A DNA stretch of 64,000 nt, taken from the NCBI GenBank assembly GCA_038231275.1, contig JBBRLQ010000010.1:128001-192000 (forward strand), in the 5' to 3' direction. Each line of letters begins with the position of its first letter. The first letter of the stretch is position 1. The notes under the pieces were generated by a model. It saw nothing but the letters and a program-made list of their open reading frames with translations. It was not told the origin of the DNA and ran no database searches. Below, in pieces: positions 18,197 to 27,173 of this stretch. The stretch is from Polyangiales bacterium (GTDB lineage Bacteria; Myxococcota_A; Polyangia; Polyangiales; Polyangiaceae). The position numbers and the translations under genes are program-made.

Positions 18197-19816
18197 TCAG
18201 GGGAACGTGGTGAACAGATCCCCGAGGTCCGTCGCGTTGGCCGCGCCCCTCAGGAACGGCCCGACGCCGAAGATCTCCTGCATCGTGCGCAGCGTGGAGC
18301 TGTGCGAGTACGAGATCGTGTTCGAGTAGCCGTGCCCCTTGGCGTGGGGCGAGAGCACGATCATGCCGATGGGGAAGTCGCCCCCCTCGCTCTCGTCCCA
18401 CGTGACGAACACCGCGCCGCCTTGCGCGTATGAGCTCGACGCGAAGATCTTCGGCAGCTCGTGGGACAGCCACGTGTCGCCGTTCTTCACCGCGTCGCTC
18501 GTCGCGCAGCCGGTCGAGTTGTGCATGTCGTCGCACAGATCCGGCGTGATGAAGTTGTAGCGAGCTACGGTGCCCTGCGCGAGATCGTTCGCGAGCTCGC
18601 TGAACGGGCGCACGTGCTGGATGCACGTCGCCGACGACGACGAGTTCGTGTTCGTCACGTCGTCGAAGAAGACGAAGGGCACGTGCTTCGGCGCGTAGAG
18701 CCCGCTGTTCGTGAGCGGGCACGTCGCGCCGCTGATGCCCTCGGCGTAGGACTTCCAGGAGATGCCGGCCGCGTCGAGCAGCGTGGAGAGGTGGCTCGTC
18801 GTCGACTGATGGTTCGACGACGGGTTGTTGTCGTTCGTGACGCCGAGGTTGCTGCCCGACTCGAGCCAGATGTAGTTCGGCTCGCTGGGGTGAATTCCCG
18901 GCGGGTTCACGTACGCCTCGGTGTGCGAGCCCATCGGCAGGAGGGTCCCGTTGATATAGGGCGCCGATGCACTGCCCTTGATGCTCGACCAGTTGTGGTT
19001 CTCCATGAGGACGATGAACACGGTCTCGATGGCGTGACCGCCGGCGTCGCCGTGACCCGCGTCGCCGTGGCCTGCGTCGCCGTGGCCTGCGTCGATTCCG
19101 CCGCCGTCGTGGCCCCCGTCGGGAACGCCACCGTCGCCCACGTCGCCGCTCAGCGTGCAGCCGAGCCCGAAGCAGAGGTCGAGCACCGCGTGGAGCTCGA
19201 CGCCGTTGGCCGCGCCGCCGCGCTGGCCATGGAGCTTGTCGAAGAAGCCGACGCCGTCGACGCTGATCGGGATGTTCGCCGTCGTGAAGTTGCTGCTCGG
19301 CGTGTACTTGGCGGTGAACGTCGCGCGCGTCTTCGCGATCTCGGCGGCGAACGGGCTGCCGCTCTTCACGCACTTCGGCGAAGGGATCTCGACGTTCATC
19401 GTGTGCTTACCGTCCGAGACGATGAGGTGGATGTCGTTGTCCGCCTCGAGCTTGAACTGCTGCAGCGTCACGTCGGTGAGGCGGAAGACTTGCTCCTCCG
19501 TTGGCGCGATGCGATTCGCCGCGGGGAGCGTCTTCGGCGCAGGGAGCGCGAGGAGCGAGGTGATGGTCGTCGGCTGCGCGATACGGTTCACGATGCCGAC
19601 GTCGGGATCGGTGCCGGTCTTGACGCTCCAGCGCTCGGTGCCGCACCCGCCGACCAGCGCTTCGTCGTCGTCCTCGTCCACGCTCTCGGAGGTGGTGCCG
19701 CCGCAGCCCGCCCAGACTCCGAGCGCACAGCAGAGGAGCACGGACACGGCGACGAGCCATCGCGCGCGCAACGTCTCTGCGACGTCCCATCGGCTAATAA
19801 GGAATGAGCGCTTCAT
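18197..19816 (-). CDS. Lipoprotein: 'CGxERW' domain fused to a phosphoesterase (acid phosphatase/PLC-like) domain
   Basis: IVLMENH, HPSEPNY, YAPKHVPF, DDMH, TWDE, YSHSSTLRT; N-terminal domain paralogous to 141..971. Confidence 0.85.
   Translation of the reverse strand: MKRSFLISRWDVAETLRARWLVAVSVLLCCALGVWAGCGGTTSESVDEDDDEALVGGCGTERWSVKTGTDPDVGIVNRIAQPTTITSLLALPAPKTLPAANRIAPTEEQVFRLTDVTLQQFKLEADNDIHLIVSDGKHTMNVEIPSPKCVKSGSPFAAEIAKTRATFTAKYTPSSNFTTANIPISVDGVGFFDKLHGQRGGAANGVELHAVLDLCFGLGCTLSGDVGDGGVPDGGHDGGGIDAGHGDAGHGDAGHGDAGGHAIETVFIVLMENHNWSSIKGSASAPYINGTLLPMGSHTEAYVNPPGIHPSEPNYIWLESGSNLGVTNDNNPSSNHQSTTSHLSTLLDAAGISWKSYAEGISGATCPLTNSGLYAPKHVPFVFFDDVTNTNSSSSATCIQHVRPFSELANDLAQGTVARYNFITPDLCDDMHNSTGCATSDAVKNGDTWLSHELPKIFASSSYAQGGAVFVTWDESEGGDFPIGMIVLSPHAKGHGYSNTISYSHSSTLRTMQEIFGVGPFLRGAANATDLGDLFTTFP
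19044..19094. repeat. 15-bp tandem repeat encoding a (DAGHG)n linker
   Basis: GCGTCGCCGTG(G/A)CC(T/C), about 3.4 copies. Confidence 0.85.
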
Positions 19817-20052
19817 TCGTCGCGAACAGCGGTGTCACGCGACGCGCGGAGTGGCCAATAAAAACGCAGTGTGGGACGGTCGCTTTCCAGCGCAGGCGGA
19901 GCGATGGTTCCAGCGTAAAAATATATGGACACCACACGCACATCGCCCGCGGCGCCAGGTGTCGCGATTTCCTAGTTGGCTGTCGTGAAATGCCAATTAC
20001 GACGTCGGACCGGCGCGCACACGGACGCATGGTGCGATGTCGGATGGCGCCG

Positions 20053-21843
20053 CTACTCGCGCGGCGCGGGCTCGTCCTCGCGCACGCGCATCTCGAGCGC
20101 GCGCGCCATCGTGCGGTCGGCGGCGCTCGCAGCGAGCATGCTGCTCGCGCGCGCGTCGACGCCGTGCGCGCGCGCGAAGGCGAGCCAGAGTCCTGGGAGT
20201 GGCGGGCGGCACCAACAGATCGGTGGTCCCGGCGGGTGCGGACAGACGTTGGCCTCGACGATACGCGCAGTCGCCTCGGCGAGGGATGCCGCGAACGCGC
20301 CCGCCCGCGCCTGCATGGTGTCGTCGCTCCCAGGGAGCCAACCGAAGATCAAGCACGCTGCGTCGGCCGGCGCGCGTCCGATGACCTCGATCGCCGCCGG
20401 CGTCGGCACGAACGCGCGCGCCTCGGGATCGAGCGCACCGAGGGCGATGGCAAGGCCGGGACGCGTTGCATCGTAGGAATGCTCGCGCTCGAACGTGACG
20501 CGCTCGATGGAGGCGAAGCCCTCGTCATCGGCAGGCGGCTCCAGCGCGCGGATCATCCGAAAGAGGGCGTTCGGAGGAATGGCCGCAGGCTCTTTTCGCG
20601 CGAGCACGGACAGCTCTTCGGGCGAAAGCACACGCCCGAAGTGCTCGAGCATTCGCCCGACGACGTTGAGCTGCGCGTCGGCGAGCTTCGTGTCGAACCA
20701 TACGCAGCGCACGACGGCGCCGTGAGCGTGTGCGACGCGAACGACGTCGTTGCGCGACGCGCGGTCCACGTAGGTGTTGTCGAGCACGATGCGCGTCACG
20801 CCGCGCGCGAGGGACGCGTCGAGCCGCTTCGCGATGCCGCGCAGCGTGCCGCCGAGCGTGTCGCGATTCAGGCGCTCGTATCCCTCTGCGACGCGGGCGA
20901 TCGCCGCGCGCGATTTCCCCGCGCCGGGCACGCCCATCATGACGACGACTTCCGCCGACGCCGCGTGGACGACGGGGCGCGCGACCGGACGACGCAGTGC
21001 GCCGAGCGCCGGGAAGCGCGCGTCGAGTCGGGTGAGCTGGTCTTCGCCAAGGAGGAGCCTCGCCGCGGCGACGATGCGCGCGACCGTGGCGGGCCGACGT
21101 GCTCCGACGACGGGCGCGATCGCAGGGCTCGCCGCGAGGAGGTACGCGAGGAGGACGTCGAGCGGCCCTGCGTCGTCGTGCTCCGCCGCGACGTCGACGA
21201 GGACGGAGTCCCGCGATAGCTTCGCCGCGCGCTCCGGTCCGCCGAACGGCGAATGCGCGAGCACGTCGAAACCGCGCGCGACGCAGGCGGCCACGACCCC
21301 GCCGCGCAGCGCCGCGTCGTCATGCGCCCCGAGGGCGACCTGGACCGCGCCGATCGGCGCAGCGCGGGCGGCCTCGTCGAGCTGCGCGCGCGACACGTTC
21401 GACACTCCGACGCGTCGGGCCAGGCCGCGCTCGACCGCGACGCCCAACGCGCGCGCGCTCGTGAGGATGGACCTTCCCGGATCGGGCGCGTGGAGGAGGA
21501 GGAGATCGAGCGGGCGTCCGCCGAGCGCATCGAAGCTCGCGCGCGCGTCGTCGAGGATGGTCGCCGCGCGCCCATCGGGAATCCACGCCGCTGCTTCGCG
21601 CCGCATGCCGCACTTGGTGACGATTTCCGTGCCCGGTCCCGTCTCGGCGAGGACCCGCGCAACGAGTTGCTCGTTGTGCCCCGCGCCGTCCGCATCGGGC
21701 CCGTATGCGCGCGCCGTGTCGAAGCGAACGATTCCTGCCTCCCGTGCGGCCCGGATCGTCGCCTCGGCCACCCCCGGCGCGACATCGGGCGACGAGAGGC
21801 GCATGCACCCGAGGACGATGCGCGCGGCCGGTGGCGAGCCCAA
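20053..21843 (-). CDS. Aldo-keto reductase fused to a P-loop (AAA_33/PNK-like) kinase and a degenerate HAD-IIIA-like domain
   Basis: AKR motifs FDTARAYG, TKCG, LLHAPD, GVSN; Walker A GVPGAGKS and VLDNT; CPHPPGPPICWCRPPLPG. Confidence 0.8.
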   Translation of the reverse strand: MGSPPAARIVLGCMRLSSPDVAPGVAEATIRAAREAGIVRFDTARAYGPDADGAGHNEQLVARVLAETGPGTEIVTKCGMRREAAAWIPDGRAATILDDARASFDALGGRPLDLLLLHAPDPGRSILTSARALGVAVERGLARRVGVSNVSRAQLDEAARAAPIGAVQVALGAHDDAALRGGVVAACVARGFDVLAHSPFGGPERAAKLSRDSVLVDVAAEHDDAGPLDVLLAYLLAASPAIAPVVGARRPATVARIVAAARLLLGEDQLTRLDARFPALGALRRPVARPVVHAASAEVVVMMGVPGAGKSRAAIARVAEGYERLNRDTLGGTLRGIAKRLDASLARGVTRIVLDNTYVDRASRNDVVRVAHAHGAVVRCVWFDTKLADAQLNVVGRMLEHFGRVLSPEELSVLARKEPAAIPPNALFRMIRALEPPADDEGFASIERVTFEREHSYDATRPGLAIALGALDPEARAFVPTPAAIEVIGRAPADAACLIFGWLPGSDDTMQARAGAFAASLAEATARIVEANVCPHPPGPPICWCRPPLPGLWLAFARAHGVDARASSMLAASAADRTMARALEMRVREDEPAPRE

Positions 21844-21912
21844 GGACAGGGCTTTACCACGGCCGAATTTCCCGGACCACTCGGCGCCGTTCCTGAGCTA
21901 TGAGCCTCCCTC

Positions 21913-22617
21913 ATGAGCCCCCGAATCTCCCCCTTGGCACTCCTCTCCCTCGCGTCCGCCGCCTCGATCGCCCTCGCGACGGCGGCGTGCTCGAGCAGCT
22001 CGTCGTCGGGCGCTTCGCCGGGAGACGGCGGCACCACGACGGACGGTTCGGTGGCGGACACGGGATCGGACACGGCGCCGCCGCAAGACTCGGCAACGTC
22101 GGACGGCGGAGTGGACGCCGCGACGCCTTCGGGAAGCGGCACGATCGCCGGCACCGTCGGCGGCACCAGCTTTGGTCAGGTGTACAGCGCCTTTCTGATC
22201 GGGGCGCCCGACGTCGCGACGGACACGGCGCTCTACCTCGTTGGCGCGCAAGGCGTCGCGTGCTCCGACATCGGCAAGTCGGGCTGGTCGCACACCATCG
22301 CGGGCGGCGTTCAGATCTTCGAGATGATCCTCACGACGTCGACGCCCGCCGGCGGCACGTACACGGTGAGCACCGCGACGGCGCCGCCCGCGGGGAGCGC
22401 GGAGGTGAACTACATCCTCTCCGCCCCGACGCGCAACGAGACGCGCGCGACCGGCGGGACGATCACCCTTACGGCGCTGACGCCGGGCGCCTCGGCCGTC
22501 GGCACGTTCAGCGTACAGTTTCCCAGCAACGTCGGGGACGGAGGAGCCGACGCCGGCGCGAACGCGCTCGACGGCACGTTCGCCGCTGCGTTTTGCGCCG
22601 CCGCCCACGAGCCCTGA
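21913..22617 (+). CDS. Hypothetical lipoprotein
   Basis: Lipobox TAAC, Ser/Asp/Gly linker, beta-rich C-terminal domain. Confidence 0.8.
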   Translation: MSPRISPLALLSLASAASIALATAACSSSSSSGASPGDGGTTTDGSVADTGSDTAPPQDSATSDGGVDAATPSGSGTIAGTVGGTSFGQVYSAFLIGAPDVATDTALYLVGAQGVACSDIGKSGWSHTIAGGVQIFEMILTTSTPAGGTYTVSTATAPPAGSAEVNYILSAPTRNETRATGGTITLTALTPGASAVGTFSVQFPSNVGDGGADAGANALDGTFAAAFCAAAHEP

Positions 22618-22644
22618 AGGCCCGCGACCGGCGGCGTGCGAAAA

Positions 22645-23136
22645 TCAGCGCCCCGAGACCTTCGTCGTCACGGTCGCACGTGTCGCGATGTCCGGCGGGA
22701 GCGAAGGCTCGGTGGCGGCCAGCTCGTAGCCCTTTCGGACGAACTCCTTGCGCGCCTCCCAGTCGTCGGGATCGCGACCGGCCGTGGCGAGCCACTCGCT
22801 CTTGAGGCGCTGGTCGATCCCTTCGTTCCAAACCGGGTCGGCGTTGCCGTACTGCACGCGCGCCGCGTGGCCGTAGCGGTAGAAGACCTCCGCCTCGTTC
22901 CAATCGCCGAGGACCCTGGCGGGATTCGCGTGATTGATGTCAGGCAGGTGCTGCTGCCCGGCGGCCTGCTTCACGGTGTCGGTGAGATCCTGGTTCATCT
23001 CGTGGCCGCCGAGGCCGAGATCATGTTTGGTCTGCGACCAGTCGCGCCGCAGCGCATCGCGCGCGCGCTCCCAAGCGCTGCCGTGAACTTGATCGCTCCA
23101 CCAGGACGGACGCCATGACGATAGGGTTGCCATCAT
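22645..23136 (-). CDS. Trp-rich hypothetical protein (paralog of the N-terminus of 43142..43918)
   Basis: Shared AW..(K/R)(E/D)A.RRDW.QTKHDLG.GGH..NQ...DTV.QA.G block. Confidence 0.8.
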   Translation of the reverse strand: MMATLSSWRPSWWSDQVHGSAWERARDALRRDWSQTKHDLGLGGHEMNQDLTDTVKQAAGQQHLPDINHANPARVLGDWNEAEVFYRYGHAARVQYGNADPVWNEGIDQRLKSEWLATAGRDPDDWEARKEFVRKGYELAATEPSLPPDIATRATVTTKVSGR

Positions 23137-23147
23137 GGACGACAGCT

Positions 23148-23163
23148 AGCGAGTTCCGTGCCA
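23148..23163 (-). promoter_or_regulatory. sigma54 -24/-12 promoter-like box
   Basis: TGGCACGGAACTCGCT; -12 C is 13/16 nt before ATG 23136/23133. Confidence 0.6.
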
Positions 23164-23255
23164 CGCGCCGACTGGGGAATTCCCAGGTATTTCACGCGTC
23201 GGCCTGCAGCCCGCGCGAGGCGCTTCTGTGAGCGTGAGGCGTGCTGGCGCTCGGC

Positions 23256-24419
23256 TCAGGCGTACTTTGCGGGTGCGAAGCCGGCGCCGCCGGCTTGGGA
23301 TGGTCCACTCGTCAGCTTCGGTCTGCTCCCCTGCAAGGACACTGGCGGCGGCGGCGCTCGGGGCAGGTCGATCGTGAAGACACAGCCCTTGCCCGGAAGG
23401 TCCCGGATGCGGAGATTGCCGCGCACCGCCTCTACGGCCTTCAAGCAGATCGAAAGCCCGAGGCCGAGACCGGTTCGGTCGCGTCCCTTCTGCGTGAACG
23501 GGCGCAAGAGCGACTCCGTCTTGCCGGGAGGGAGGCCGCCGCACTGGTCCTCGACGTCGATGAAGACTCGATCGTCCGTGGTCGTCACGCGCAGCAAGAC
23601 CGTCGTGCCCGGCTGCGTGAACTTGAACGCGTTCTGAAGAAGGTTCGTGAGCGCCGCCGCCAGGATCTGACGATCGGCCTCGACCACGACCTCGGGAGGG
23701 ACGGTCGTGACCGCGAACTGCAGGCCGCGCGTCGCCGCGATCATCGAGGCGCCGATCTCCACCTCCTCGAGGACCTCGCACACGGCGATGCGTTCGAGGT
23801 TCTGCATCCCTGCGTCGAGGCGAACGTCGGCGAGGGACGAGTCGATCAGCGAATGAAGGCGGAGCAGGCTCCGCTCGTGGATCGCGCTGGTGCTTCCGCC
23901 CGGCGCGACGACGCCCTTCTTGATGCTCGAGAACGACATGAGCGCGGTGTTTAGAAGGTTGCGCATCTCGTGGGCGAGGACGCCGAGCCGCTCCGTCCCC
24001 GCGTCCAGGATGGCGCGCTCCCGCTGGCGCGAGTACTCCGTGACCGCGCCCGCGATCGCATCGTCGAGGCACAGGTTGAGCGTCTGGAAGTCGGCAGAGT
24101 GGATCGCGGCGTGCCGATCGACGGCGAGCGCCGTCACGACCTGACAGAGATCGCCGTAGTCGTGGACGACCTGCGCGACGGTTAGGCCTTGGTGGAAGAG
24201 ATCGCCACCGTGCTTGCCGGCGCTGTCGTTGATGTCGGCGTGGTCGAGTTTCTCGCCCGACGACGCCTTGCGCAGGGCCTCGCAGAGTTGCTCGAGGAAG
24301 ATCGGCAACCCGTGCGTGAGCTCCACCTCGGTCGCCACCGGAGCGCTTCGTTTGGCAACGCGCGACATCGCCTTCGCGAGGATCTCCTCCCGATGCTTAA
24401 CGATGAACCCCCTGAGCAT
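23256..24419 (-). CDS. Cytoplasmic sensor histidine kinase with RsbRD_N-like N-terminus
   Basis: H box LAHEMRN, N box NLLQNAFKF, EDQCGG, GLGLGL; no TM segment. Confidence 0.9.
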   Translation of the reverse strand: MLRGFIVKHREEILAKAMSRVAKRSAPVATEVELTHGLPIFLEQLCEALRKASSGEKLDHADINDSAGKHGGDLFHQGLTVAQVVHDYGDLCQVVTALAVDRHAAIHSADFQTLNLCLDDAIAGAVTEYSRQRERAILDAGTERLGVLAHEMRNLLNTALMSFSSIKKGVVAPGGSTSAIHERSLLRLHSLIDSSLADVRLDAGMQNLERIAVCEVLEEVEIGASMIAATRGLQFAVTTVPPEVVVEADRQILAAALTNLLQNAFKFTQPGTTVLLRVTTTDDRVFIDVEDQCGGLPPGKTESLLRPFTQKGRDRTGLGLGLSICLKAVEAVRGNLRIRDLPGKGCVFTIDLPRAPPPPVSLQGSRPKLTSGPSQAGGAGFAPAKYA

Positions 24420-24539
24420 ACGGTCGCATAGTAGGCCGCGCGGCAACGAATACAAGCGACCCCGTGCGCAAGGTGTGCACTCCGAGGCCGCGATCGGCAA
24501 GCCCGCGCATTCGCGAGTGATCCACGGTCGCGCCGGGGA

Positions 24540-24980
24540 TTATTTTCCGCCCGCCAGGCCGAACTTCGCGCGGGCGCGATGGTGCGCGGATTGGACGTTG
24601 AGCACCGCGGTCAGCAGATCGTCCATGTCGAAGGGCTTGCGGAGAATGCCCGCGGCGCCGAGGCGCTCTGCGACCGTTCGAAACGACGGATCGGTGAACG
24701 CGGTGATGAGGATCACCGGCGTCGAGACGTGCGCGCGCCGAAGCGCCGCGAGGACACCGAAGCCCGACAAGTTGGGCATCCGAACGTCGGAGACGATGAG
24801 ATCCGGCATGTCGTCCGGAGACCCGATCGCCGCGTCGAGGCGCTCGAGCACCTGGGCTCCGTCGCCGGCTTCGAGGACCACGTAGTCCCCCTGCCGCAGC
24901 GCCGCGGCGATGAGCGCGCGCAGGTCCTCGTCGTCCTCCGCGACGAGGACGAGACGGCCGCGCTCCGGGGGCGCGCTCAC
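24540..24980 (-). CDS. Single-domain response regulator
   Basis: VLVAEDD, VSDVRMP, ITAF, KPF; GTG start. Confidence 0.88.
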   Translation of the reverse strand: MSAPPERGRLVLVAEDDEDLRALIAAALRQGDYVVLEAGDGAQVLERLDAAIGSPDDMPDLIVSDVRMPNLSGFGVLAALRRAHVSTPVILITAFTDPSFRTVAERLGAAGILRKPFDMDDLLTAVLNVQSAHHRARAKFGLAGGK

Positions 24981-25031
24981 TCGGCACCCTTTGCGATCGT
25001 CGTGCTTCCTTGGCGCATGGCGAGCTTCGGC

Positions 25032-25047
25032 TGCAAGCGCGCGGCCA
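25032..25047 (-). promoter_or_regulatory. sigma54 -24/-12 promoter-like box
   Basis: TGGCCGCGCGCTTGCA upstream of GTG 24980. Confidence 0.5.
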
Positions 25048-25067
25048 TCGCAACCGGCCGTCACTTC

Positions 25068-25083
25068 GGGCATCACTCGTGCA
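25068..25083 (+). promoter_or_regulatory. sigma54 -24/-12 promoter-like box
   Basis: GGGCATCACTCGTGCA; -12 C is 15 nt before GTG 25097. Confidence 0.5.
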
Positions 25084-25096
25084 GAGGGATGACCAA

Positions 25097-25531
25097 GTGG
25101 TGACGCTTTCACTCAGCGCGGAGCTCGACGGGATTCACGTCCTGCTCGTCGACGACGAGGTACTCAGTCGCGACATGCTCGCCGTCTTCCTCGGCGACGC
25201 GGGCGCGCAAGTGACCGTCGCGGGAAGCGCCGCGGAGGCGCTCGGCGCGTTCGAGCGGACTCCTCCCGACGTGCTCGTCTCCGACATCGGCCTTCCCCTC
25301 GAGGACGGCTACAGTCTCCTCCGCAGCGTCCGCTCCCGCGAGGCGTCATGCGGCGGCAATGTGGTCGCGGTCTCGATGAGCGGTTACGGACGCGACCCGC
25401 AGCAGGTTCGCTTCGATGGACACCTCACGAAGCCCATCGCCGTCCCAGCGCTGGTGACGATGCTGAGGAGGCTCCTGCGCGACCGGGCTGCAGGTCCCGT
25501 GACCCCGAACGACGAGGAGGGATCGAAATGA
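25097..25531 (+). CDS. Single-domain response regulator
   Basis: VLLVDD, VSDIGLP, HLTKP; start GTG 25097 or 25100. Confidence 0.85.
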   Translation: MVTLSLSAELDGIHVLLVDDEVLSRDMLAVFLGDAGAQVTVAGSAAEALGAFERTPPDVLVSDIGLPLEDGYSLLRSVRSREASCGGNVVAVSMSGYGRDPQQVRFDGHLTKPIAVPALVTMLRRLLRDRAAGPVTPNDEEGSK

Positions 25532-26013
25532 ACGCGAAGGCGAACGAAGGTGCGAACGCGACGGTGACCTCGAATGCCGCGCACACAGTGGCGGTGATCG
25601 AGGGGTTTTACCGAAGGGAAATGTCGGCCGTGGAGAGCTACGAGCGCGTGTTCGGTGCGGCGTCGTTCGACGGGGTCGCCGACGTCCTCCGGCGTTGCCA
25701 AGCCTCCCATCAGCAGCGTGTCGCGCTCCTTCGCGCGCGCCTCACCGAGCTCTCCGCGATCGTGCCGGAGTCGTCCGGGCCTTGGGGAACGCTCGTCGCC
25801 CTCCTCGAGGAGGCCGCGGCGGCCGTGAGCCCCAAGCTTGCCATCGGGATGCTCGAGGAGGGAGAGGATCACGGCCTCGAGGCCTACCACGCGCACCTCG
25901 CCGCGCTGGCGCCGGAGGATCGGCGCCTCGTCGAAGAGCACCTCCTGCCCGCGCAGCTCGAGACCCATCGCGCGATGAGCAACCTGAAGCAAGCTGTGAC
26001 CGACGGCGCCTGA
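25528..26013 (+). CDS. DUF2383 ferritin-like protein
   Basis: EMSAVESY, SHQQRV, SSGPWG, LEEGEDHGL; GAGGAGG RBS; ATGA overlap. Confidence 0.85.
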   Translation: MNAKANEGANATVTSNAAHTVAVIEGFYRREMSAVESYERVFGAASFDGVADVLRRCQASHQQRVALLRARLTELSAIVPESSGPWGTLVALLEEAAAAVSPKLAIGMLEEGEDHGLEAYHAHLAALAPEDRRLVEEHLLPAQLETHRAMSNLKQAVTDGA

Positions 26014-26084
26014 GCTCCACCGACGCGGCGGGCCCGATTCTTGGAATGGTGCTGGCGAACCGTTTTTAAGAGCGAAGGCCAGCC

Positions 26085-27173
26085 ATGAATCAGGACAACA
26101 CGGGCACAAGCCCCCCTGCGTGGGGCGCAAATGCGCCACGCGGGATCGAAAATGCGTCGGCGACAGCGGCGCATCACAAGCGACGCGTGATGGTGTGTCT
26201 CGACCGATCTCCCCGCGGCGAGGTCGGCATTCCTTTCGCCGGCTTCATGGCGCGCGCGCTCCACGCCGAGCTCACGCTGCTGCATGTCCTCCCCTGGCAG
26301 GCGGACGCCGATCCTGCGACGGTCGACGTCCTCGGCTGGGAGATCTCGCGGCGCGAAGCCGAGCAGTACCTCGCGCGGATGCGCGAGAAGGTAGAAGCCG
26401 GTGAGCTCTCGCCCGAGACCGTTCGCGCCGAGCTCGCCCAAGGTCAACCGGCGGAGCGGGTGCTTTCACTCGAGCGCGAGCTCCAGGCCGATCTCACGGT
26501 CCTGGCGCGTCGCGGCGAGGGCGGCAACACCGGATGGAACCTCGGCGCGACCGCGCAGCGCGTGCTCATGAACGCGTCGGGCTCGGTGCTCATCGTGCCG
26601 TCCGACGGCCCGGCGCCCGCCGTGCCGCCCGCGCGCATCCTGGTGCCGCTCGACGGATCGCAGCGCGCCGAGAGCGTGCTCCCGCTCGTGATCGAAGCGG
26701 CGGCGGAGCAGCACGCGGAGGTCTTCTTGGCCCACGTCGTGAGCGAACCGCGGCGCTCCGGTGTCCTCACCGATGGAGAGGACCTCCGCCTCGCGCGCGA
26801 TCTCGCGACGCGCCTTCAGGCGGGGGCAGAGGCGTACCTGGCCGGTGTCCGCGAGCGGATCCTCGGCGGCCTCGAGCGCGTCCAGGTGCGCGTCCTCCGC
26901 CGCGCGGACACCCGTGAGGCGCTGCTGGACCTGGCGCGCGACGAGAAAATCGAGCTCCTCGTCTTGTCGGCGCACGGCATCACGTGCAACGGCGACCATC
27001 CGTTCGGGAGCGTGACGAGCCACGCGCTGGCGCACGCGACGTTGCCCGTGCTCGTGGTCCAGGACATCCGCAGCGGCAACGGCAACGGTAGGCGCTCCGA
27101 TCGGCCGCCGCCGCGGGTTGTCAGTGACGTCGCGCCGAGGCCTGGCCTCTCCAGCAGGACGGAACTGCGTTGA
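26085..27173 (+). CDS. Tandem universal stress protein (two USP domains)
   Basis: VCLDRS...LGATAQRVL...VLIV and ILVPLDGS...SAHG...FGSVT...VLVV. Confidence 0.9.
   Translation: MNQDNTGTSPPAWGANAPRGIENASATAAHHKRRVMVCLDRSPRGEVGIPFAGFMARALHAELTLLHVLPWQADADPATVDVLGWEISRREAEQYLARMREKVEAGELSPETVRAELAQGQPAERVLSLERELQADLTVLARRGEGGNTGWNLGATAQRVLMNASGSVLIVPSDGPAPAVPPARILVPLDGSQRAESVLPLVIEAAAEQHAEVFLAHVVSEPRRSGVLTDGEDLRLARDLATRLQAGAEAYLAGVRERILGGLERVQVRVLRRADTREALLDLARDEKIELLVLSAHGITCNGDHPFGSVTSHALAHATLPVLVVQDIRSGNGNGRRSDRPPPRVVSDVAPRPGLSSRTELR

Noticed and set aside
19960..19991. TGTCGCGATTT / TGTCGTGAAAT direct repeat as a Pho box
   Set aside because: Only two degenerate copies at 21-bp spacing, which is insufficient
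26042..26057. Possible sigma54 box TGGAATGGTGCTGGCG (also GGGGAACGGAACTGCA at 53986-54001, minus strand)
   Set aside because: GG-N10-GC spacing fits but the match to consensus is too weak to count
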